A stretch of 64,000 bases of DNA from an uncultured Candidatus Rokubacteria bacterium (GCA_963762145.1 CAVXJS010000010.1:1-64000), one strand, 5' to 3'. Positions 1-10,570 are shown, counted from the first letter of the stretch. Notes: a model not told the origin generated them from the sequence alone. Translations and numbers: made by a program.

Positions 1-2467
1 AGGCCATCAAGGACTACGCGCAGACGGCCGAGGGGCTCGGCTACGCCGACATCCTCTCTACGACCACGTGCTCGTGCAGCACACGGACGCGAACCGAAGC
101 TGACGGGCCGTACACGGACGACATCCCTTCCACGAGCCCTTCGTGTTCTTCGGCTACCTCGTCCGCTATGAGCACGACAATCGACTCGCCACGGGGTCCT
201 CGTTTACCGCAGCGCCAGACGGCACTCGTCGCCAAACAGGCGGCCGAGCTCGACGTGTTTAGCGGGGACGCCTCCGCCTCGGGATCGGGACCGGCTGGAA
301 CTACGTCGAGTACGACTCCCTCGGGGATGAGTTCCGGACGCGGGGCGCCGCTCGAGGAGCAGGTCGAGGTGCTGCGCAAGCTCTGGACCCAGCCGCTCGT
401 CACGCACAAGGGCGCGCACCACGTCATCGACAATGCCGGCATCAATCCCCTGCCCGTTCGGCGTCCCATCCCGGTCTCGTTCGGCGGCGCCGCCGAGCCC
501 GTGCTCGAGCGCGCCGCGCGGATCGGGGACGGCTGGATGCCGGCGGGCCGGCCCCCGGATGACCGGATGAAGGGCTACGTCGACCAGCTCACTGGGTATC
601 TGGGCGGCGGCCGGCCGCGATCGCAAGCAGTTCGGCATCGATCCCTGGATCAGCATCGCAGGGCTCGACAAGGGCGAATGGCGCCGCCGCGTCGAGGCGT
701 GGCGCGGCCTGTGCGCCACGCACCTGGCCGTGGACACGATGCGCGCGGGCTTCGCGACACCGAAGGCGCACATCGACGCAATCCGGTCCTTCCGGGAGGT
801 GCTGAGCTAGTCATGCGGTTCGGCGTGACTCTATCCCGAACAACTGGGGCATCGCTGCACTGGCTCCCAGGTCCTCGCCATGGGGCCGCTCGCCGAGGCG
901 CTCGGCTACTCGACTCCGTCTGGGTCATGGACGACCGCTCAACAACGGCGATATCCGGGAGCGCCTCGACTACTGGCCGCAAACGATCATCCCCTCGCCA
1001 CGCTGTCGTACCTGGCGGCCACCGGCAAGCGCGTCGCTCTGGGCACGCTCCGTGCTGGTCCTGCCCTACCACCTTCCCTTCGAGCTCGCGAAGTACGCCG
1101 CGAGCCTCGATCAGATGTCAGGCGGGCGGGTGATCCCGGGCGTGGGCGCGGGCGCGATGACGAGGAGTTCGAGGCGCTGGGTAAAACCAACCGGAAGCGC
1201 CGCGCCCTCACGCCCGAGTCCACAGCTCCTTCATGATCGCCATGGACTCGTTCGTGAGGGCGCCGCGTTGCCGGAAGGGGACGCCCAGGGCCTCGAACTC
1301 CTCCGTCATCGCGCCGGCGCCCACGCCCAGGATCACCCGCCCGCCTGACATCTGATCGAGGCTCGCGGCGTACTTCGCGAGCTCCACGGGATTGTGGTAG
1401 GGCAGGACCAGCACGGACGTGCCGAGAGCGACGCGCTTCGTGGTCGCCGCCAGGTACGACAGCGTGGCGAGGGGATGATAGTACGGCCGGTCGTCGAGGC
1501 GCTCCCGGATATAGCCGCTGTTCAGCAGATGGTCCATGACCCAGACGGAGTCGTAGCCGAGCGCCTCGGCGAGCGGCCCCATGGCGAGGACCTGGCGCGG
1601 ATCCGCGATGCCCCAGTTGTTCGGGATGGTCACGCCGAACCGCATGACTAGCTCAGTACCTCCCGGAAGGACCGGATCGCGTCGATGTGCGCCTTCGGCG
1701 TCGCGAAGCCGGCGCGCATCGTGTCCACGGCCAGGTGGCGTGGCGCCCAGGCCGCGCCACGCCTCGACGCGGCGGCGCCATTCGTCCTTGTCGAGCCCTG
1801 CGATGCTGATCCAGGGATCGATGCCGAACTGCTTGCGATCGCGGCCGGCCGCCGCGAGATAGCCAGTGAGCTGGTCGACGTAGCCCTTCATCCGATCATC
1901 CGGCGGCCGGCCCGCCGGCATCCAGCCGTCCCCGATCCGCGCGGCGCGCTCGAGCACGGGCTCGGCGGCGCCGCCGAACCAGACCGGGATGGGACGCCGA
2001 ACGGGCAGCGGGATTGATGCCGGCATTGTCGATGACGTGGTGCGCGCCCTTGTGCGTGACGAGCGGCTCGGTCCAGAGCTTGCGCAGCACCTCGATCTGC
2101 TCCTCGACGCGGCGCCCGCGCGTCCGGAACTCTTCGCCGAGCGCGTCGTACTCGACGTAGTTCCAGCCGATCCCGATGCCGAGGCGCAGGCGGCCTCCGC
2201 TCAGCACGTCGACCTCCGCGGTCTGCTTGGCCACGAGCGCGGTCTGACGCTGCGGCAGGATGAGGATGCCGGTGACGAGCTCGAGCTTCGTGGTGATCGC
2301 GGACAGGAACCCGAAGAACACCATCGGCTCGTGGAAGGGATGCTCGTACGTGTATGGCCCCGTCAGCTTCGGCTCGCGGCCCGGGTGCGCCCCGAGCACG
2401 TGGTCGTAGACGAGCAGGTAGTCGTAGCCGAGCCCCTCGGCCGTCTGCGCGTAGTCCTTGATGGCCT
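1..2467. repeat. ~1.2-kb inverted (fold-back) duplication; left arm 1..~1220 is an error-rich reverse complement of ~1240..2467
   Basis: Base 1 'aggccatcaaggactacgcgcagacggccgagggg' is the reverse complement of ~2435..2467. The same LLM peptides appear on opposite strands in the two arms. The junction is near 1210-1250. Confidence 0.95.
1208..1645 (-). CDS. LLM-class (F420-dependent type) oxidoreductase, 3'-truncated at the fold-back junction
   Basis: MRFGVTIPNNWG...AEALGYDSVWVMDH...ALGTSVLVLPYHNPVELAK...LDQMSGGRVILGVGAG is a luciferase-like N-terminal half. Confidence 0.85.
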   Translation of the reverse strand: MRFGVTIPNNWGIADPRQVLAMGPLAEALGYDSVWVMDHLLNSGYIRERLDDRPYYHPLATLSYLAATTKRVALGTSVLVLPYHNPVELAKYAASLDQMSGGRVILGVGAGAMTEEFEALGVPFRQRGALTNESMAIMKELWTRA

Positions 2468-2516
2468 GCACGTCGTTGCCGAACTCCGTCTGTGGAAACA
2501 CGACCCCGTGCTTCAT
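1648..2516 (-). CDS. LLM-class F420-dependent oxidoreductase (two apparent indels near 2010 and 1740)
   Basis: MKHGVVFPQTE...AEGLGYDYLLVYDHVLG...ILPQRQTALVAKQ...LSGGRLRLGIGIGWN...RAARIGDGW. The frame is restored in the inverted copy. Confidence 0.88.
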
Positions 2517-2535
2517 CGCGCGTTCTCCTTCTCCG

Positions 2536-3429
2536 TCAGTGGCCCGGTTGACTCTTGGGCGCGAGGGCGGCGAGCAGCCGCTCGTCGGGCAGGCCGGGTG
2601 TGGCCTCGTCGGGGTTGAGCGCCTGGATACAGACATGGTCGGCGCCGGCCGCCCAGTGCTCGTCGATGCGCCCGCGAATCGCCGCCGCGTCGCCCCAGGC
2701 GATCATCGCGTCGACCAGGCGATCGGACCCGCCGCCGGCGAAGTCCGGCGTCCCGAAGCCGAGGCGGAGCAGGTTGTTGCGGTAGTTCACCATCTCGAGG
2801 TAGCGGCCGAGCCACGCGCGGCCGATGCGCCGCGCGCGGGCGGGATCGGTCTCGGCGAGGACGGTCTGCTCCGGGCACAAGAGCTTGTCCGGGCCCAGGA
2901 TGTTGCGCGCCTCTTTCGTGTGCGCCGGCGAGACGAGGTAGGGATGCGCGCCGTCGGTATGCGATCCGGCCAGCGCCAGCATGCCCGGGCCGAGCGCGGC
3001 GATCACCGCCTTCGGCGCCTCGGCCGGCCTCGGCGCGGCATAGCTGGCCCGCCGCATCGCCTCGACATAGTCGCGCATGGTTTCCACCGGCTTGCCGTAT
3101 ATGTGGCCGCGGAGGCCCTCGACGAGCGGGACATGGGACACGCCGAGGCCGAGCAGGAAGCGCCCGCCCGACTGCTCGGCGAGGGCGAGCTGGCCCGACG
3201 CCGTGGACTGCGGATCGCGCGCATAGATATTGGCGATGCCGGTGGCGACGGTGAGCGTCTTGGTATTGGCCAGGAGCCAGCTGGAGATCACCAGGACGTT
3301 GCGGCCACGCGACTCCGGCACCCAGAGGGCGCCGTAGCCCCACCCTTCGACCCGCCTGGCGAAGTCCGCCGCCGCGGCGGCGGTCATGCCATCCATCGAG
3401 GACCAGACACCGAGCCGGCCAAGCTGCAT
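2536..3429 (-). CDS. LLM-class F420-dependent oxidoreductase
   Basis: MQLGRLGVW...GYGALWVPE...VATGIANIYARD...GRFLLGLGVSH...GAHPYL...GADHVCIQ; GGAGG RBS upstream. Confidence 0.92.
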   Translation of the reverse strand: MQLGRLGVWSSMDGMTAAAAADFARRVEGWGYGALWVPESRGRNVLVISSWLLANTKTLTVATGIANIYARDPQSTASGQLALAEQSGGRFLLGLGVSHVPLVEGLRGHIYGKPVETMRDYVEAMRRASYAAPRPAEAPKAVIAALGPGMLALAGSHTDGAHPYLVSPAHTKEARNILGPDKLLCPEQTVLAETDPARARRIGRAWLGRYLEMVNYRNNLLRLGFGTPDFAGGGSDRLVDAMIAWGDAAAIRGRIDEHWAAGADHVCIQALNPDEATPGLPDERLLAALAPKSQPGH

Positions 3430-3533
3430 CACGATACCTCCTGGCAAATGTGCGCCGCGCTCGTTGAAGCACGCGGCGCCGGCGACATCGTATCACCGGA
3501 CCGCGTGCTATCGTGGGGCCCGAGGAGGAGGCC

Positions 3534-4791
3534 ATGGACAGGACGCTGATCGTCAACGCGATGGTGTTCGATGGCAGCGGGGCCGCGCCGTTTTCCGGTG
3601 ACGTGCTGGTCGAGGGCCAGCGCATCGCCGCGGTGAAGATGGGCGGGGGCCTGCCGCGCGACGGCGCGCGCGTCATCGACGGCGCCGGCGCCACGCTGAT
3701 GCCGGGACTCGTGGAGCCCCACGGCCACGTCAGCTACGCCGACGCGGTGTCGAACGCGGAGTTCACGCGCCTGCCGCCCGAGGAGCACGTCCTCGCCACC
3801 ATGCGCAATGCCCGGACCATGCTCGAGTGCGGCTACACGAGCGTGCTGTCGGGCGCCGCGGCCAAGCCCCGGCTCGACGTCGTGATCCGGAACGAGATCA
3901 ACGCCGGGCGCATCCCCGGGCCGCGCTACCTCGCCAATGGCCCGGAGATCACGGTCACGGGCGGGCTCGGCGACGAGAATGCGCTGCACCTGCCCCATCT
4001 CGAGACGCCGACCTTCACCTGGGTCGCCGACGGGCCCGACGAGATCCGGAAGGTCTGCCGCCTCCTCGTGCGCGAGGGCGTCGATCTCCTGAAGCTCAAC
4101 GTCTCCGGCCAGACGGGGCAGGGCGACAGCCGCGGCCACCGCGCCGTGATGACGGACGCCGAGGTGGCCGCGGTCATGGAAGTCGCCCGCACCGCCGGCG
4201 TGCGCGTGTGCGCGCACGCCCGCAGCGCGGACTCCGTCAAGATGTGCGTCCGCCACGGCCTCGGCATCATCTACCACGCCAACTTCGCCGACGAGGAGGC
4301 GCTCGACCTGCTCGAGGCCAACCGGGACTGGTGCTTCGTCGTCCCCGCGCTCGGCCTCACCTATCAGGCGTGCTACGCGGCGAGCGAATGGGGATTGACC
4401 CCCGAGATGGCCCGCGAGAACGGCCTCCTCGACGAGCTGGAGGTCTCGGTGGAGACCATGGGCCGGATGCGCAAGCGCGGCATCCGGGTGTTGCCGGGCG
4501 GCGACTACGGCTTCGCCTGGAACCCGCACGGGACCTACGCGCGCGACCTGCTGCTGTTCGTGGACGTGCTCGGCTTCACGCCGATGGAGACACTGGTCGC
4601 CGCCACCCGGCTGGGCGGCGAGATCATGGGGCGCCCGGACGAGCTCGGGCCAGGTCAAGCCCGGCTACCTCGCCGACCTGCTGCTCGTCGACGGCGACCC
4701 CCTCGCCGACATCAAGCGCCTGCAGAGCCAGGACGCGCTGCTCGTGATCATGAAGGACGGCCACCTGCACAAGGCCCCGGCGACCGTCTGA
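3534..4791 (+). CDS. Metal-dependent amidohydrolase (Xaa-Pro dipeptidase-like), one indel near 4648
   Basis: TLMPGLVEPHGH, CAHA, IYHA and GGDYG motifs. The C-terminus GQVKPGYLADLLLVDGDP...IMKDG continues in a shifted frame to TGA at 4789-4791. Confidence 0.9.
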
Positions 4792-4881
4792 GGCGGCGAC
4801 TGTCTGTTTTTGGGCATCGGTCATCCGCGAGGAAGCGGCGTTGTCAGGGCCCAGGATGCGCGTTGCCGAGGAGAGCCTGCC

Positions 4882-5862
4882 ATGAGCGAGATCGAGCACC
4901 GCACCGTAGAGACGAACGGCATTCGCATGCACATCGCCGAGCAGGGGGCCGGTCCACTGGTCGTCCTCTGCCACGGGTTCCCGGAGTCCTGGTATTCGTG
5001 GCGCCACCAGCTTCGGGCCCTCGCGGAGGCCGGATTCCATGCGGTCGCACCCGACATGCGCGGGTACGGCCAGACCGATCGGCCCGAGGCCATCGATCAG
5101 TACACGCTCCTCCACCTCGTCGGTGACATGGTCGGCCTGCTCGATAGCCTTGGAGAGGACACGGCGGTGATCGCCGGCCACGACTGGGGCGCTCCCGTCG
5201 CCTGGCACTCGGCCCTGCTGCGCCCCGATCGCTTCCGTGCGGTCGTCGGGTTGAGCGTGCCGTACCGGCCGCGCGGCACGGTCCGTCCAACCTCCGCCAT
5301 GCCCCGGACGGACGACGCGCAGTTCTACCAGCTCTACTTCCAGGAGCCCGGCGTGGCCGAGGCCGAGCTCGAGCGCGACGTCCGCCTGTCCCACCGCCGC
5401 CTGCTGTACGCGGGCTCCGGGGACGTTTCTCGCGGCGCGCGGACCGTGTTCAATACAGACGCCGTCGGGATGGTGCCGCGGAGTGGCGGCTTCCTGAGCG
5501 CCACCGTGGAGCCGAGCACCCTGCCGTCCTGGCTCACCGAGGCGGATCTCGATTTCTACGCCCAGGAGTTCGGCCGCACCGGCTTCCGCGGCGGACTGAA
5601 CTGGTACCGCAACATCGACCGCAACTGGGAGCTGCTCGCGCCCTTCGCGGGCGCGCGCGTGACCGTCCCCGCGTTGTACGTCGCCGGCGATCGAGATCTG
5701 GTGGTCGCGTTCCGCGGGATGGACCAGCTCCTCCCGAACCTGTCGAAGTTCGTTCCCGGGCTCAGAAGGACGCTCATGCTCCCCGGCTGCGGGCACTGGA
5801 CTCAGCAGGAGCGCCCCCAGGAAGTCAATGCGGCCATGGTCGACTTCCTCAGAAGCCTGTAG
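4882..5862 (+). CDS. Alpha/beta hydrolase, epoxide hydrolase family
   Basis: HGFPE, DMRGYG, GHDWGA nucleophile elbow, LNWYR, GCGHWTQQE. Confidence 0.93.
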   Translation: MSEIEHRTVETNGIRMHIAEQGAGPLVVLCHGFPESWYSWRHQLRALAEAGFHAVAPDMRGYGQTDRPEAIDQYTLLHLVGDMVGLLDSLGEDTAVIAGHDWGAPVAWHSALLRPDRFRAVVGLSVPYRPRGTVRPTSAMPRTDDAQFYQLYFQEPGVAEAELERDVRLSHRRLLYAGSGDVSRGARTVFNTDAVGMVPRSGGFLSATVEPSTLPSWLTEADLDFYAQEFGRTGFRGGLNWYRNIDRNWELLAPFAGARVTVPALYVAGDRDLVVAFRGMDQLLPNLSKFVPGLRRTLMLPGCGHWTQQERPQEVNAAMVDFLRSL

Positions 5863-5906
5863 GCTTCACCGACGGCGTTTGCGACGCTCCGGGCGAGGTT
5901 GGCCTA

Positions 5907-7369
5907 GCAGCCCGTGGTGAAAGTTGGCGAAAGCAGTACCGCCTGTAGTGGGTGTCCGCGTACACTGCGACCATGGCAATGGGCAAACGCAAGAGCGAGC
6001 AGACCCCGATGTGGGTGCCGACCACCGAACTGCCAGTCTCGCCGGGCCATCCGTTCTACGCCAAGCTGAATGCGCTCCTCGACGAGGCGGGCTTCGACCG
6101 GTTCGCGGAGGCGGAGTGTCAGCAGTTCTACGCGCAGGTGATGGGGCGGCCGAGTCTGCCGCCCGGGCGGTACTTCCGCTTGCTGCTGGTCGGGTACTTC
6201 GAAGGGCTCGACTCGGAGCGCGGGATCGCGTGGCGCGCCGCGGACTCGCTGGCCGTGCGCCAGTTCGTCGGGCTCGGCCTCGACACGGCGGCCCCAGATC
6301 ACTCGACCCTGTCCCGGACGCGGCGGTTGATCGCGCTGGAGGCGCATCGCGCGGTCTTCACCTGGGTGCAGGAGCGCCTCGCCGCGTCGGGTTTGCTGAA
6401 GGGGCGGACGATCGCGGTCGACGCGACGACCCTGGAGGCCAACGCCGCCATGCGCAGTATCGTCCGTCGGGACACGGGCGAGACGTACCAGGAGTTTCTG
6501 ACCCGGCTCGCGAGGGCGTCCGGGATCACGACGCCGACCCGCGAGGCCTTGGCCCGCCTGGATCGCCGGCGGAAGAAGCGGACGTCGAACACGGACTGGC
6601 GCACCCCGTCCGATCCGGACGCGAAGATCACGAAGATGAAGGACGGCCGCACGCATCTCGCGCACAAAGCCGAGCACGCCATTGATCTCGACAGCGGCGC
6701 CCTGGTCGCCGTGACCCTGCACGGGGCGGACGTCGGTGACACGACCAGTCTCGGCGAGACGGTCGTCGCTGCGATCGCACAGGCGGCAGCCGCCCAGGCC
6801 GGCACGTCTGCGGCCGGGGCGCTCACCGCGCTCGTCGCCGACAAGGGCTATCACAGCAATCAGACCATGATCGATTTGGACGCCATCGGAGTGCGGTCCT
6901 ACGTCGCGGAGCCGAATCGGGGCCGGCGTCAGTGGACGACGGGCCCGGACGCGCAACGGGCCGTGTACGGCAATCGGCGGCGGGTGCGCGGCGGGCGGGG
7001 TCAGCGGTGGCTGCGTCGACGCGGGGAGTACGTGGAGCGGTCGTTCGCGCACGTCTACGACACCGGCGGGATGCGCCGCACGCACCTGCGCGGGCATCGC
7101 AACATCCTCAAACGCCTGCTGGTTCACGCGAGCGCCTTCAATCTCGGCCTGCTCATGCGCCAACTGTGCGGCCGCGGTACGCCCCGCGGCCTCCAAGGGC
7201 GGCGACTGACCGCGCCCTCGCTTCACGTGACCCTCCTCATGCCCTCCGCGCGGCTCTGGGTGAACATCGGCGCGTTTCTGGAACCCTTACGACATCGACC
7301 GCGAGTTTTCCATCTTCATTCGGCGTGGGTGATTGCATGATGACCGGCCCGACTTCTACCACGGGCTGC
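5907..7369 (+). mobile_element. Insertion sequence, IS1182-like, ~1.46 kb
   Basis: Terminal inverted repeats GCAGCCCGTGGTGAAAGTTGG (5907-5927) and the reverse complement of 7349-7369, GCAGCCCGTGGTAGAAGTCGG (18/21 identical), enclose a single transposase. No clear target-site duplication. Confidence 0.88.
5973..7340 (+). CDS. DDE transposase (DUF772/InsH-type N-terminus plus DDE domain; IS1182-like)
   Basis: GRPSLPP...SERGIAWR...PDHSTLSRTR, IAVDATTLEANA, ADKGY, RGEYVERSFA...GGMRRTHLRG. Confidence 0.92.
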   Translation: MAMGKRKSEQTPMWVPTTELPVSPGHPFYAKLNALLDEAGFDRFAEAECQQFYAQVMGRPSLPPGRYFRLLLVGYFEGLDSERGIAWRAADSLAVRQFVGLGLDTAAPDHSTLSRTRRLIALEAHRAVFTWVQERLAASGLLKGRTIAVDATTLEANAAMRSIVRRDTGETYQEFLTRLARASGITTPTREALARLDRRRKKRTSNTDWRTPSDPDAKITKMKDGRTHLAHKAEHAIDLDSGALVAVTLHGADVGDTTSLGETVVAAIAQAAAAQAGTSAAGALTALVADKGYHSNQTMIDLDAIGVRSYVAEPNRGRRQWTTGPDAQRAVYGNRRRVRGGRGQRWLRRRGEYVERSFAHVYDTGGMRRTHLRGHRNILKRLLVHASAFNLGLLMRQLCGRGTPRGLQGRRLTAPSLHVTLLMPSARLWVNIGAFLEPLRHRPRVFHLHSAWVIA

Positions 7370-7385
7370 ACCTGTTTCGTTCGGC

Positions 7386-8201
7386 TCAGCCCTTCACCCC
7401 GCCCGCCCCCCAGCCCTGCACGAGGTAGCGCTGCACCGCGACGAAGAAGCCGACGGTGGGCACCGTGATCATCACGCCCGCCGCCATGATCATCCCCCAG
7501 TCCACGATCGTCGCGTTGAAGAGGTCGTTGACGCCCACCGGCAGCGTCTTGAGCTCCTCGGAGGTGATCAGCACCAGCGCGAAGAGGAAGTCGTTCCAGG
7601 CCAGGATGAAGGTGAAGATGGCCGCCGCGATCAGCCCGGGCAGGGCCAGCGGCAGCACCACGTACCATACCGTCCGGCCCCGGCCCGCGCCGTCCACCAG
7701 GGCGGCCTCCTCCAGCTCGAGCGGGATGGACTGGAAGAAGGCGCGGAGCACCCACAGGCAGAAGGGCAGGCAGAACGTGGTGTAGGACAGCACGAGGGCG
7801 AGCCGCGTGTTCACGATCCCGAGCTGCCGGACCAGGACGTAGAAGGGGATGATGATCATGATCGGGGCGAACATGTAGGTCAGCAGGATCAGGCCCGCCA
7901 CGCTCTCGCGGCCGCGAAAGCGATAGCGGGTGAGGCCGTAGGCGCCGAGGGCGGAGACGGTCAGGGTCAGGAGCACGGTGGCGCCCGCCACCAGCACGCT
8001 GTTGCGAAAGAAGGCCACGAAGCTCGTGTCGGCGAAGAGGCGCCAGAAGTTCTCCAGCGTGGGATGGAGCGGCACCAGACGCGGGGTGGCGAAGATCTCG
8101 CCCGACGGCTTCAGCGCGGTCGAGAGCATCCAGAGGAACGGGAAGGCGGCCCCGATCAGCAGCACCGTGCCGGCGCCGTAGAGGCCGATCGCGCGCCTCA
8201 C
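7386..8201 (-). CDS. Carbohydrate ABC transporter permease (MalG-like)
   Basis: EAA motif IPLELEEAALVDGA, AWNDFL, multiple TM segments; GTG start overlaps the upstream stop. Confidence 0.92.
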   Translation of the reverse strand: MRRAIGLYGAGTVLLIGAAFPFLWMLSTALKPSGEIFATPRLVPLHPTLENFWRLFADTSFVAFFRNSVLVAGATVLLTLTVSALGAYGLTRYRFRGRESVAGLILLTYMFAPIMIIIPFYVLVRQLGIVNTRLALVLSYTTFCLPFCLWVLRAFFQSIPLELEEAALVDGAGRGRTVWYVVLPLALPGLIAAAIFTFILAWNDFLFALVLITSEELKTLPVGVNDLFNATIVDWGMIMAAGVMITVPTVGFFVAVQRYLVQGWGAGGVKG

Positions 8202-9073
8202 GAGAACACCTCGTCGCGCCGGAACATCCGGAAGTATACCGCGGTCGCGATCACCAGCATGGCGAACATGATCACGGCCAGCGCCGCGCCCATCCCGGCC
8301 TGGAGATAGGTGAAGCTGCGCGCGTAGGCGTAGACCGGCAGGGTGCGGATGTAGCGGCTGACCCCGCTGTCGCCCGCCAGCAGCCACACCGTGTCGAACT
8401 TGGTGAACATCCAGATGCCGCGCAGCAGCACGATCACGAAGAGCACGCTCGCGGTCTGGGGCAGGGTGACGTGCACGAAGCGGCGCCAGGCCGACGCCCC
8501 GTCCACGGTGGCCGCCTCGTAGAGCTCGGGCGGGATCGTCTGCAGCCGCGCCAGGTACGTCACCACCACGAAGGGGAAGAACTGCCACACGCTGGTGACG
8601 ATGAGCGAGGCCATGATGTAGTCGGGCCCCAGCCAGGCCACCGGCGCCCTCACCAGTCCCGCGCTCATGAGGAGGTGGTTGACGAGGCCGTAGGAGTCGT
8701 TGAGCAGCCACTTCCACAGGATCACCGCCACGATCGTAGGGATCATGTAGGGGAACAGCACGACCCCGCGCAGGAGGTTCCGCCCGCGGAAGCCCTCGTT
8801 CAGCAGGAGCGCGGCGGGCACCCCGACGCCGAGCTGCAGCACCATGGTCGCGCCCGCGTAGACGCCGCCGTAGTAAAAGCTGGTCCAGAACTCCGGATCG
8901 CTCGCGAAGTAGCGGTAGTGCCGCAGGCCGATGAAGGTCTGCACCGGCATGAAGGCGTGCTTGTCGAAGAGGCTGAGCCAGACATTGTAGAGGACCGGGA
9001 AGACGACGAGCCCGCCCAGCAGGAGGAGCGACGGAGCGAGGAGGAGCCAGCCGACGAGCGCGCTCTTCCTCAC
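8198..9073 (-). CDS. Carbohydrate ABC transporter permease (MalF-like)
   Basis: IPPELYEAATVDGAS...FVHVTLP EAA motif; TM helices. Confidence 0.93.
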   Translation of the reverse strand: MRKSALVGWLLLAPSLLLLGGLVVFPVLYNVWLSLFDKHAFMPVQTFIGLRHYRYFASDPEFWTSFYYGGVYAGATMVLQLGVGVPAALLLNEGFRGRNLLRGVVLFPYMIPTIVAVILWKWLLNDSYGLVNHLLMSAGLVRAPVAWLGPDYIMASLIVTSVWQFFPFVVVTYLARLQTIPPELYEAATVDGASAWRRFVHVTLPQTASVLFVIVLLRGIWMFTKFDTVWLLAGDSGVSRYIRTLPVYAYARSFTYLQAGMGAALAVIMFAMLVIATAVYFRMFRRDEVFS

Positions 9074-9095
9074 TCGCCCCGCCCGCGATCCGGGC

Positions 9096-10472
9096 CTACG
9101 ACCAGCGCTTGTGGCCGAGCTGGGTGAGAAGCTCCTCGGCGCGCTTCTGCGCCCGATCGGCCTCCGCCTTGGGGTTCTTGCCGCCCACCATGACCTCCAC
9201 GACCATGTCGGCCACGATGCTCGAGCCGTCGAGCTCGGCCAGGAACGGCAGCAGGTTGTCCTCGGGCCGGGTGAAGCCGAGCGGGAGGAAGCGGTTGCCG
9301 CGGAGGCCGGTCAGCATCACCTCGTGCCACGCCTTCCACTTCTTGATGCGCTCGTTGGCCAGGTAGGCCGGGTCGTTCAGCATCGACGTGAATATCGGGG
9401 TGAGGTGGATCGGCACCGAGTGGCAGTACTGGAGGTAGTACTCCTTCTTGTAGAAGAGCCGCAGGAACTCGAAGGCCTCGTTCGGGTACTTGGACTGGCT
9501 GAAGACGGCCCAGTTCTCGCCGTCGAGCGCGGAGACGCCGACCCTGCCGGACGGTCCCTGCGGCCGCAGCATCGGCATGAAGTGCTCGGGATCCCGGGTG
9601 CCCTCCGGGGCGTACTTCTCGATGTAGCCGATGGCCCGCGCGCCCGAGAGATAGCTCATCGCGATCTTGCCGGTGGCGAGCGCGGCCTGGGTGTCGAGAT
9701 ACTTCTGTCCCGACCAGCCCTGGGACTGGAACTTGTTCAGCTTCTGTAGATAGTCGAGCGTCTCCAGCATCGATTTGCTGTTGAGCTGCGGCCGCCACGT
9801 CTTGGCGTCCACCCACCCGCCGCCGTTGCTGGCCATCCACTCGGCCGGATGCACGAAGCCCATGTAGAGCTTCTCGCCCGGCATCTGGAACGCGTAGCGG
9901 CCCTCCTCGGTCAGGGCCGCGCACAGCTTGAGCATGTCGTCGTAGGTGACCGGCGTCTTGAGCCCCTTCTTCTCGCGCAGGTCCCGGCGCTCGCAGAAGT
10001 AGGTCGCGCCCATCGCGTGGGTGACCCCGTAGTACTTGCCGTCGAAGTACTGGAGCTTCCGCGTCGCCTCGTGGATGTCGTTCTCGCCGATGGAGCGGAT
10101 CAGCTCGTCCATCGGCCGCAGCAGGTTCTTGGTGTAGAGCGACGCGGTCATGAACGGATTGAGCTGCGTCAGATCGGGCGGGTTGCCCGCGGCGAGCGAG
10201 GCGAGGAGCTTGGTGTTGAGGTCGCCCCAGCCGAGCGCCTGCTGCCGGACCTTGAAGCCGGGAAACTTCTTCTCGAACTCGGCGATGCTCGTGTCCTGGA
10301 TGACCTTGACGGTCTGGGGCTCGACCTCGGTGTGCCAGACCTGCAGCTCGCGCACCTGCTGGCCGATGACCGCGGGCGCGCGCCCGAACGTGACGGCGCC
10401 GACCGCGGCGGCGGTGCCGGCGAGGAAGCGACGACGGGAGACTCGAGACGAGGCTGCGGGTGGCTGAGGCAT
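9096..10472 (-). CDS. Sugar ABC transporter substrate-binding protein, Tat signal
   Basis: SRRRFL twin-arginine leader, LAAGNPPD family-1 SBP motif, upstream of two permeases. Confidence 0.9.
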   Translation of the reverse strand: MPQPPAASSRVSRRRFLAGTAAAVGAVTFGRAPAVIGQQVRELQVWHTEVEPQTVKVIQDTSIAEFEKKFPGFKVRQQALGWGDLNTKLLASLAAGNPPDLTQLNPFMTASLYTKNLLRPMDELIRSIGENDIHEATRKLQYFDGKYYGVTHAMGATYFCERRDLREKKGLKTPVTYDDMLKLCAALTEEGRYAFQMPGEKLYMGFVHPAEWMASNGGGWVDAKTWRPQLNSKSMLETLDYLQKLNKFQSQGWSGQKYLDTQAALATGKIAMSYLSGARAIGYIEKYAPEGTRDPEHFMPMLRPQGPSGRVGVSALDGENWAVFSQSKYPNEAFEFLRLFYKKEYYLQYCHSVPIHLTPIFTSMLNDPAYLANERIKKWKAWHEVMLTGLRGNRFLPLGFTRPEDNLLPFLAELDGSSIVADMVVEVMVGGKNPKAEADRAQKRAEELLTQLGHKRWS

Positions 10473-10538
10473 CGGTGCCGCTCCTTCCGTGGTGCCTTCG
10501 TTGGCCTTCCGAGGGTGCCGGTGCGCGTCGCGAACGCT

Positions 10539-10570
10539 GCCGAGTCTACTCGGCTCGATGGGGGTGTCAA
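10539..10570 (-). promoter_or_regulatory. Sigma-70-like promoter TTGACA-N16-TAGACT with an overlapping palindrome GCCGAGT-CT-ACTCGGC
   Basis: tgtcaa 10565-10570 and agtcta 10543-10548 on the + strand; palindrome 10539-10554. Confidence 0.6.

Noticed and set aside
1180-1260. Hairpin telomere or real palindromic amplification
   Set aside because: No protelomerase or terminal machinery is present, the junction lies mid-gene, and the error load is asymmetric as in a fold-back read.
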